Shown: positions 8,581-14,856 of the stretch, piece after piece
Numbering within the stretch: the stretch's first letter is position 1
Layout: each line of letters starts with the position of its first letter
The notes under the pieces: generated by a model
The model's database searches: none
Told to the model about the DNA's origin: nothing
Seen by the model: only the letters and a program-made list of their open reading frames with translations
Position numbers and translations under genes: made by a program
DNA from: an uncultured Chloroflexia bacterium
Lineage (GTDB): Bacteria; Chloroflexota; Anaerolineae; Anaerolineales; Anaerolineaceae
Length of the DNA stretch: 32,000 nt
Reading direction: 5' to 3'
Assembly (NCBI GenBank): GCA_963704755.1
Contig: OY969938.1
Location: 3,030,001 to 3,062,000 of the forward strand

Positions 8581-8641
8581 TGGCAGCGCGGGCGGTTGTT
8601 AGCCACTAGGTTGCAGGTTCGAGTCCTGCTCGAGGAGCCTT
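8581..8641 (+). pseudogene. Duplicated 3' part of tRNA-Asn (D-loop to 3' end), att-like scar, not a functional tRNA
   Basis: 61 nt align with 6432-6492 with 4 mismatches. The last 36 nt (ctaggttgcaggttcgagtcctgctcgaggagcctt) are identical. There is no complementary 5' acceptor strand upstream, and the anticodon stem carries a C-A mismatch. Confidence 0.75.
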
Positions 8642-8812
8642 TTAGCTCTATGGGTGGTCGCTGACTGTAAAGTCGGCGATCTTTTTTTTAACCCGCCTGT
8701 AGATAGGATGAATGTTCCCTGGTCGATCAACTTTTACTTTCTCATCATCGTTGACCAGCTTTGAGAACAAATATATACTGGCTTTAAAGCGAATAATTTA
8801 TAAGGTTGTGGT

Positions 8813-8853
8813 GTAACTACTCAGGCCTCTTTTAAGAAGTTCCCGGAATTGAG
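8813..8853 (+). mobile_element. Truncated left half of MITE-like element family A
   Basis: gtaactactcaggcctcttttaagaagttcccggaattgag matches the left arm of the copy at 28312 (gtaactactcaggctcctgttaagaagttcccgaatttgag). Confidence 0.6.
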
Positions 8854-8913
8854 TTGAGCGGTTACAAAGTTCAATAAATTATTCGGAAATATCCTCTTGA
8901 GAAAAGGGCATCA

Positions 8914-9321
8914 ATGATATCAACGCACCCCAGGCAAGGAACAATTCTCATTTGCGATTTTCAGGGATTTCAAGAACCGGAAATGGTCAAGCGCAGGCCG
9001 GTGATTGTGGTATCTAAACCTATTGCTTCCCGTCCAGGTTTGTGTACTATAGTAGCCTTAAGTACGACGGATCCGGAAGTGGTGTTGCCAATGCATTATA
9101 GGTTAGAAATAGATCCTCCTTTACCAAATCCATACAATTCGCCTTTTCATTGGGTAAAAGGAGATATGATCTACGCTCTTTCGTTCAAGCGACTATTTTT
9201 CCCAAGAAGAGGAAAAGGTGAAACAGGTAGGAGAATTTATGACATCAGGCAAATCTCGCCTGAACAGCTTATATGTGTTCAAAATTGCATATTGGCTGGA
9301 ATAGGTATTTTTAAACATTGA
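8914..9321 (+). CDS. PemK/MazF-superfamily protein, YifN-like; no adjacent antitoxin
   Basis: GTILICDFQGFQEPEMVKRRPVIVVS...LCTIVALSTT resembles the E. coli YifN-type PemK-like N-terminus (G.I..C.F...PEM.K.R.VVV...VVPLST), recalled from memory. The gene is AT-rich (27/60 GC on line 9061). Confidence 0.55.
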   Translation: MISTHPRQGTILICDFQGFQEPEMVKRRPVIVVSKPIASRPGLCTIVALSTTDPEVVLPMHYRLEIDPPLPNPYNSPFHWVKGDMIYALSFKRLFFPRRGKGETGRRIYDIRQISPEQLICVQNCILAGIGIFKH

Positions 9322-9443
9322 CTTTTTTCCAATCGGGTATATACTAAAAATGTCTCTGCTCTGCTTAGGCATCAGAAAATCAAGTCCACCTTAGGTGGCC
9401 ACCACGGAGGGAGAATGCAATCCAATCGTGGTGACTGAAATAA

Positions 9444-9469
9444 AAGGCCCCAAAAGGGGTCTTTTTTAT
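9444..9469 (+). terminator. Intrinsic terminator downstream of the PemK-like gene
   Basis: aaggcccc-aaaa-ggggtctt stem-loop followed by a T6 run. Confidence 0.6.
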
Positions 9470-9478
9470 TTCTTAATG

Positions 9479-9589
9479 GTAACCGTTCCCCTGGCGAGTA
9501 AGAGACCCGAATTTGAGGTGTCCGTGAGGGCTTTGCCCCCATGGACACCTCAAATTCGGGAACTTTTTAACAAGAGCCTGAGTAGTCCC
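9479..9589 (-). mobile_element. MITE-like nested palindrome, family A (inverted orientation)
   Basis: Inner arms are cccgaatttgaggtgtcc (9506-9523) and ggacacctcaaattcggg (9543-9560). The outer arm agagcctgagtagtccc is the reverse complement of the gtaactactcaggctc-type end. Confidence 0.7.
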
Positions 9590-9690
9590 GTTGTGTTTAT
9601 AAAGCAATTATCGACTTACCCCTCTCTTGAGCCATAAAGAATTTTATACAACCGACATTTGTTACTCCCTACAAGGCAACGGAATCATTG

Positions 9691-10015
9691 ATGCAAAGCC
9701 AACATTACCAGGGGCTGATTGCCGAGTGGTAAGACGAGTGGCTGAAAGCGGCCACCGACGATATTGCCTGCTATTCAACGGTCTTTAAAGATTTTGACAG
9801 GCCTAGCCTCGGACTGGCCTGTGGAACCGGCTGCTTACGACCAAAAGCAGCTCAGCCAGTGCATCGTGGATAACCTATCCCTGCGCTGGTACTGGCGGGG
9901 TAAGTTTGTGAACCTGCTGCGCAGGGCACAGTTTTCCTGGGCAGAGATCCTGATGGCGGAGGCGTTTTTTGCCGACGAAGCAATCTCAACATTGGCAAAT
10001 AAACTCATTCCTTGA
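9691..10015 (+). pseudogene. Degraded class I SAM-dependent methyltransferase N-terminal fragment (in-frame stop plus frame disruption)
   Basis: From ATG 9691 the frame reads MQSQHYQGLIAEW-stop(9730-9732)-DEWLKAATDDIACYSTVFKDFDRPSLGLACGTG. This matches the usual Y..IAEWYD...DI.FY...LELGCGTG(R) start and motif I of these enzymes. The frame then breaks down. Confidence 0.45.
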
Positions 10016-10046
10016 ACAAAAACTATTACCCAATCAGCGCAGAAAA

Positions 10047-10145
10047 GCGGCCTCGGCCGACGGAAGGGAGGGAGAGACCGGGCCGAACCGCTTCCAATTT
10101 TGTCATTGCGAGCCCTGGGCGCACTTGCCAGGGCTCGCAATGACA
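10047..10145. repeat. Family C repeat unit (GCGGCCTCGG...GACCGGGCCG) followed by a gtcattgcgag-type hairpin
   Basis: gcggcctcggccgacggaagggagggagagaccgggccg (10047-10085) has relatives at 22038-22070, 30064-30098 and 30281-30315. tgtcattgcgagccctgg (10101-10118) pairs with ccagggctcgcaatgaca (10128-10145). Confidence 0.75.
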
Positions 10146-10193
10146 TTAAACGATCACTAAGGATTTCTTCATCCTAAATTAAGTTTTACGCAA

Positions 10194-10203
10194 TACAATT
10201 GTA
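10194..10203 (+). promoter_or_regulatory. Candidate OhrR operator (perfect palindrome TACAATTGTA) in the AT-rich promoter region of the gpx-ohrR pair
   Basis: TACAATTGTA lies 30 nt upstream of the gpx ATG and abuts TATAAAAT. The Bacillus OhrR operator is built from TACAATT/AATTGTA half-sites (recalled). Confidence 0.45.
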
Positions 10204-10232
10204 TAAAATATAAAACAACCAAGAGGTTAATC

Positions 10233-10721
10233 ATGTCCATTTACGACTTCACCGTCCAGGATGCTCAGGGGCAGGAGCATGTCCTGGCCGAAAATAAAGG
10301 GAAAGTGCTGTTGATCGTCAATACGGCCAGCAAGTGTGGCTTTACACCCCAATACGAAGGGCTGCAAAACCTGTACAACCAGTACAAGGACCAGGGCCTG
10401 GAAATACTGGCCTTCCCATGCGATCAGTTTGCCCATCAAGAACCGGGCACGAATGAAGAGATCCAGCAATTCTGCCAGATGAATTATGGCGTCAGCTTCC
10501 CGGTTTACGCTAAAATCAACGTGAACGGCGGCGATGCCGCGCCGGTGTATAAATACCTGCGCCAGCAAAAAGGCGGCCTTTTCGGCGGGATGATCAAGTG
10601 GAATTTCACTAAATTCCTGGTGGACCGGGAAGGAAACGTAGTGGGGCGCTATGCCCCGAACGAAGAACCCGCCGGCCTGGCCGCGGACATCGAAAAATTA
10701 TTGAAGATTGAATCCAATTAG
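10233..10721 (+). CDS. Glutathione peroxidase family protein (Cys-type)
   Basis: Motifs NTASKCGFT, FPCDQF and WNFTKFLVD. RBS AGAGG lies 7 nt upstream. Confidence 0.92.
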   Translation: MSIYDFTVQDAQGQEHVLAENKGKVLLIVNTASKCGFTPQYEGLQNLYNQYKDQGLEILAFPCDQFAHQEPGTNEEIQQFCQMNYGVSFPVYAKINVNGGDAAPVYKYLRQQKGGLFGGMIKWNFTKFLVDREGNVVGRYAPNEEPAGLAADIEKLLKIESN

Positions 10722-10740
10722 AGGATGGTGGGACTTGCTT

Positions 10741-11205
10741 ATGGATGCGTTCGAATTGATCCAATTGCCCGACGACGCTCTGTTACTAGACAACCAACTT
10801 TGCTTCAACCTGTACGCCGCTTCACGCAAGGTGATCCAGCTTTACGGACCGCACTTGAGCCGGCTCGATTTGACCTATACCCAGTACATCGTGCTGCTGG
10901 CCTTGTGGGAACACCCATCTCTGGCGGTCAAGGAATTGGGCGAAAAGCTGCTGCTCGATACAGGCACCTTGACGCCGCTGTTAAAGAAGATGGAAAAGAA
11001 GGGTTTGATCATGCGCGCTCGTTCGCAAAACGACGAGCGCAGCGTGATCATCACCATTACCGAACAAGGCCAGAATCTTAAACAAGAAGCGCTCAAATTT
11101 ATCCCGCAATTAGGCTGTTCCTCCTGCCTGAGCTTGCAAGAGCTGGAGGATTTACGCGAGCTGGCCAAAAAGTTGCTCTTTGGACTCGAGCTGGGCAAGG
11201 CCTAG
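10741..11205 (+). CDS. ohrR: MarR-family organic-hydroperoxide-sensing repressor OhrR
   Basis: Colinear with B. subtilis OhrR: LDNQLCF (sensing Cys), TYTQYIVLLALWE, LDTGTLTPLLKKMEKKGLI, DERSV. The ATG at 10741 gives the expected N-terminal length. The TTG at 10708 is a less likely start. Confidence 0.85.
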   Translation: MDAFELIQLPDDALLLDNQLCFNLYAASRKVIQLYGPHLSRLDLTYTQYIVLLALWEHPSLAVKELGEKLLLDTGTLTPLLKKMEKKGLIMRARSQNDERSVIITITEQGQNLKQEALKFIPQLGCSSCLSLQELEDLRELAKKLLFGLELGKA

Positions 11206-11561
11206 CGGCGGGAAAAACACACTGCCAATTTCGTACTCGTATACACACAAAGGCCGCTCTGGCGTGTCGCCAGGGCAGCAAAGCCGGCAGGCGACGGCTG
11301 GGGGAATTGCGTTTTTTTCTTTTGTTTGAGCAGATAAAGTTGCGGTTCATGCTCCTTTAATCTGCGCTCACTATGCTCTGATTACTCATCGCAGCCTCCG
11401 GCTTATAAAGAAGGGGCTGAAGAACAATTTGCCGTTGTCGATTGGGCCTATGTGCTGCAAGGAAGCCGCCGCGGCCTATAGACAAGTTTCAGAGTTGAAA
11501 AAGTTGCATTTCAATACGTTTACTCGTTTTTCGTCCTGTTTGTGGTACGATAATTATAGCG

Positions 11562-12602
11562 ATGAACAAAAAATTTATCTTATTTGTCACAGTTATGACG
11601 TTGGTCCTGGCAAGTTGTGCGTCTGGTACCCAAGTCCCAACTCCACCATCAACAACTTCAACAGCCGTAGCCACAAACACAAACACACAAGCTTCTTCGC
11701 CGGCGATTTCCGCGGCGACGGTTCAGCAAACTACCTCGACCTTATCTCTGCCTATTGTTATGGATCAACAAACCCCAACGCCGGCCGGCCCGGTGCCGAA
11801 TTTCGATCACATCGCGGTGATGGTGTTCGAAAACCACGAGTTCGGTTCGGTGATCGGCAATTCGCAAATGCCCAACTTCAACCAGTTGGCCCAGCAATAC
11901 ACCCTGTTGAGCCAGTATTACGCCGTCCGCCACCCCAGCCTGCCGAACTACATCGCCCTGATCGGCGGGGATACTTTTGGGATTACCACGGATTGCGGCG
12001 ACTGTCTGGTCGATGAGACCAGCCTGCCGGACCTGATCGAGGCCAGCGGGCGCACCTGGAAGGATTACCAGGAGAACATGCCCGAGCCGTGTTACCTGAA
12101 AGATACGCTCAAGTATTATCGCAAACATAACCCGTTCATTTACTTCCTGCCGATCCGCAATAACCAGCAGCGCTGTACCAGCGACGTAGTTCCGCTGGAC
12201 CAGTTGACCAGCGACCTGGCCAACAATACCCTGCCGAATTACATGTTCATCATGCCGGATATCTGCAATTCGGCCCACGATTGTTCGCTGAAAGTAGCCG
12301 ACGCCTGGCTGGGCGACTGGGTCAACCGGCTGATGAGCAATCCCGAGATGGCCCAGAACGGCCTGCTGGTCATCACCTGGGACGAAGGGCAGGGCGACCA
12401 TACCTGCTGCGGGCTGCCGACCGGAGGCGGCCGCGTGGCGACGCTGCTGATCTCGTCCAAAGCGCAGCCTGGTTTCGAGGACACGACTCCCTATACCCAT
12501 TATTCATTGCTGAAAACGATCCTGACGGCCTGGAATTTACCAGATCTTGGGCATACGGCCAATTCGCAGACGGCCCTGATCGAGCTGCCCTGGCAAAAAT
12601 GA
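11562..12602 (+). CDS. Phosphoesterase-family (acid phosphatase / PLC-like, PF04185-type) lipoprotein
   Basis: Lipobox LVLASC and a Thr/Ser/Pro-rich linker. Motifs FDHIAVMVFENHEF, HPSLPNYIALIGG, RKHNPF, ITWDEGQ. Confidence 0.75.
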   Translation: MNKKFILFVTVMTLVLASCASGTQVPTPPSTTSTAVATNTNTQASSPAISAATVQQTTSTLSLPIVMDQQTPTPAGPVPNFDHIAVMVFENHEFGSVIGNSQMPNFNQLAQQYTLLSQYYAVRHPSLPNYIALIGGDTFGITTDCGDCLVDETSLPDLIEASGRTWKDYQENMPEPCYLKDTLKYYRKHNPFIYFLPIRNNQQRCTSDVVPLDQLTSDLANNTLPNYMFIMPDICNSAHDCSLKVADAWLGDWVNRLMSNPEMAQNGLLVITWDEGQGDHTCCGLPTGGGRVATLLISSKAQPGFEDTTPYTHYSLLKTILTAWNLPDLGHTANSQTALIELPWQK

Positions 12603-12639
12603 GCGTAAATATAAAGTAGCTCCTCGGCTGCTGCAAAAG

Positions 12640-12702
12640 AGAGGGATGTTTTTATTGTTTTTCGTATGCTTCGCACGCGAAAAACAATAAAAACATCCCT
12701 CT
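12640..12702 (+). terminator. Perfect 25-bp-stem hairpin after the phosphoesterase gene
   Basis: agagggatgtttttattgtttttcg (12640-12664) pairs with cgaaaaacaataaaaacatccctct (12678-12702), followed by ttt. Confidence 0.7.
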
Positions 12703-12808
12703 TTTCCGAACTGGCTTGAATGGTGGATTTTATTGTTTCAGCCTATAATTACTTCTATTGTTTTACAAATAAGTCTTTGCCGGTCGTATTTTCTTTTCGT
12801 ATAAAACC

Positions 12809-14509
12809 ATGGCTGTGCCTTGGATGTTTCAAAAAAACAGTCGTTTTTCCGTAACTACTCAGGCTCCTATCCAAGATTCCCCGAATTTGAGGTGTTTGCG
12901 AGGGCTTCGCAAACACCTCAAATTTGGGGTTCTTACCCGTTCGGCTGAGCAGTCACGGTTTTTTTATTGTTTCAGGAAAGCAATTCTCCCGGTCCTGTTT
13001 TTTGGTTTGCTCTTGTGGTTAGGGCTATCCATTTATAAGGACTATGGCATCTCTTTCGACGAGCCGACCCAGATGCAAATGGGCATCCTGAATTATCGCT
13101 ACGCTCGCACCGGCGATAACAGCCTGCTGACCTGGAAAGACCGCTATTACGGCCCGTTTTTCGAAGAGGTATTGGTTTACCTGCAGGGGCAGGGCCCCCT
13201 GCGCGAGGTATATTTTCAGCGTCACCTGCTGACCTTTTTGTGCTTCTTCGGCGGCTGCCTGGCCTTCTTCGGCGCGGCGCTCTACCGTTACCGCAAGCTG
13301 TGGCTGGCCCTGGCCGGCACGCTTTTTCTGGTGCTCAGCCCGCGCATCTTTGCCAATTCTTTCTACAATTCCAAAGACATCCCCTTCATGGTTTTTTACA
13401 GCCTGGCGGTCTTCAGCCTGCTCTGGCTGGTCGACCATCCCGGCTGGCTGGCCGGCATCGGGCACGCGGCGGTCACCGGGGCAGCCCTGGCCATCCGCCT
13501 GCCGGCGCTGTTGATCCCCGCGCTGACCATTTTTGCCCTGCTGGTGGAGGTGCTCAGTAAACGGCTGTCCTGGCGTAAAGCGTTAGGCCTGGGGGCTTTA
13601 TACCTGCTTGTCTCGGCCGCAGTCATGACGGCCCTCTGGCCGGGCATCTGGCCCAACCCAGTGCAGGGGTTCCTGGCCGCTCTGGGGCAGATGAGCCGCT
13701 TCCCATACGACCTCGCGATGCTGTTCCAGGGTCAGGTGGTCCAGGCGATGGACCTGCCCTGGCAGTACATCCCGGTCTGGCTGGGTATCACCACGCCGGT
13801 CCTTTATCTGGCCTTGTTCCTGCTGGGAGCGGGCCTGGTGCTGGCTGCCGTGCTGCGCAAGCCGGCCTGGATCTTTTCGCAGACCGGGCGGGATGACCTG
13901 ATTGTGCTGGGCGCGGCCGGGCTGCCGGTTTTGGCCGTCATCCTGCTCAAGTCCACCCTGTACGACGGCTGGCGGCAGATGTTCTTCATCTATCCGGCCT
14001 TTGTGTTGATCGCGCTCAAAGGCCTGGAGGCCGCCGTGGGGTGGCTGCGCCGGTCGCATCTGCGGCCGGCGGCCCCGTACCTTACCGCTGCAATCCTGGC
14101 CGCGGCGCTTGCGCCGGTCGCCTGGGGCATGCTGAGCGAGCATCCCTACCAGAATGTGTATTTCAACCGCCTGGCCGGGCCCGACCTGCAAACGGTCCAA
14201 AAGAACTACATGCTGGATTACTGGGGCTTGAGCTACCGGGCCAGCCTGGAGTACATCGTCTCTCATGATGATTCCGCCCAGATCCCGGTGTTGGTTGAGA
14301 CGATCGCCGGCAGCCGCAACGCCGACATCCTCGATCCGGTCGATGCGCACCGGCTGGAGTTCGTCAGCGATATCCAGGAGGCAAAATACTTTATCGGGAA
14401 TTACTATATGAACATGGGCTATCCCTTTAAGGATGAAGTCTTCTCTGTGCAGGTGGGGGACGCCAAGATCTCCTCGGTCTATTTGCTGGACGAAGAGGAT
14501 AAGCACTAA
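12809..14509 (+). CDS. GT-C fold membrane glycosyltransferase (PMT_2 / ArnT / GT39-like); start uncertain
   Basis: There are more than 10 hydrophobic segments. The first loop carries SFDEP (the Asp-Glu typical of GT-C enzymes), YYGPFFE is present, and the C-terminal ~120 aa look soluble. The only in-frame ATGs upstream of TM1 are 12809 and 12824. Confidence 0.65.
   Translation: MAVPWMFQKNSRFSVTTQAPIQDSPNLRCLRGLRKHLKFGVLTRSAEQSRFFYCFRKAILPVLFFGLLLWLGLSIYKDYGISFDEPTQMQMGILNYRYARTGDNSLLTWKDRYYGPFFEEVLVYLQGQGPLREVYFQRHLLTFLCFFGGCLAFFGAALYRYRKLWLALAGTLFLVLSPRIFANSFYNSKDIPFMVFYSLAVFSLLWLVDHPGWLAGIGHAAVTGAALAIRLPALLIPALTIFALLVEVLSKRLSWRKALGLGALYLLVSAAVMTALWPGIWPNPVQGFLAALGQMSRFPYDLAMLFQGQVVQAMDLPWQYIPVWLGITTPVLYLALFLLGAGLVLAAVLRKPAWIFSQTGRDDLIVLGAAGLPVLAVILLKSTLYDGWRQMFFIYPAFVLIALKGLEAAVGWLRRSHLRPAAPYLTAAILAAALAPVAWGMLSEHPYQNVYFNRLAGPDLQTVQKNYMLDYWGLSYRASLEYIVSHDDSAQIPVLVETIAGSRNADILDPVDAHRLEFVSDIQEAKYFIGNYYMNMGYPFKDEVFSVQVGDAKISSVYLLDEEDKH
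12851..12956 (+). mobile_element. MITE-like nested palindrome, family A, lying inside the 5' end of the glycosyltransferase ORF
   Basis: Outer arms are gtaactactcaggctcc (12851-12867) and ggctgagcagtcac (12943-12956). Inner arms are ccccgaatttgaggtgtttgcg (12879-12900) and cgcaaacacctcaaatttgggg (12908-12929). Confidence 0.75.
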
Positions 14510-14620
14510 AGGGATGCCTGTTGTAGCCCGGCTTTCAAAGCCGGGAGGTAGTTGAGGATACCGGGGAAGGATCTGCCTCCTCCTGACCTTCTCCCTGGAA
14601 GGGTTGCATCAGCACAGAAA

Positions 14621-14797
14621 TGTAGGGTGGGTGCAGGGCTCATTTATAACAATGGCGACCTTCACACCGGCAAGATCTGCGAAACCTTGCCCGTAACCCA
14701 CCATTATGTCCGGATGGTGGGTTACGGGCAATTCCCGGGTTGGGACATCTGCTCTTTGTTCGCCGGCGTTGTTTATGAGCCCTGCACCCACCCTACG
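14621..14797. repeat. Family B composite nested inverted repeat (four ~18-nt units in alternating orientation)
   Basis: tgtagggtgggtgcagggc (14621-) ... ttgcccgtaacccaccat (14687-14704) ... atggtgggttacgggcaa (14714-14731) ... gccctgcacccaccctacg (-14797). Confidence 0.8.
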
Positions 14798-14856
14798 GCG
14801 CTCCGCAGGAGGAAAACCACGGAGGCAAAGAGGACTCGGAGAAGAAAAGGCAAGCC

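Noticed and set aside
8387-8602. 71-aa ORF upstream of, and overlapping, the tRNA-Asn fragment.
   Set aside because: It has no RBS and a Gly/Leu-rich sequence with no motifs, and its 3' end is made of tRNA-derived sequence. It is most likely spurious.
8581-8641. A second functional tRNA-Asn gene.
   Set aside because: There is no 5' acceptor strand or D-stem 5' half upstream, and the anticodon stem has a C-A mismatch. I interpret it as a 3' fragment or att-like scar.
9395-9637. 80-aa ORF (and similar ORFs at 9835-10146, 9969-10160, 26908-27499, 14552-15032, 29805-30436).
   Set aside because: They are translations of palindromic repeat elements. Both strands give ORFs, peptides such as EFEVS/PQIRE or CHCEPWA/ARNDK mirror each other, and there are no start signals.
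6493-10232. Intact prophage or integrative element at tRNA-Asn.
   Set aside because: No integrase, excisionase, phage or conjugation gene is recognisable. Only a scar-like repeat and decayed genes remain, so at most this is a remnant.
11099-11350. 83-aa basic ORF antisense to the ohrR 3' end, with an AAAGGAG-like sequence.
   Set aside because: The spacing between GGAG and the ATG is only 1 nt. The sequence is Arg/Pro/Ala-rich without motifs and overlaps ohrR antisense. It is likely spurious.
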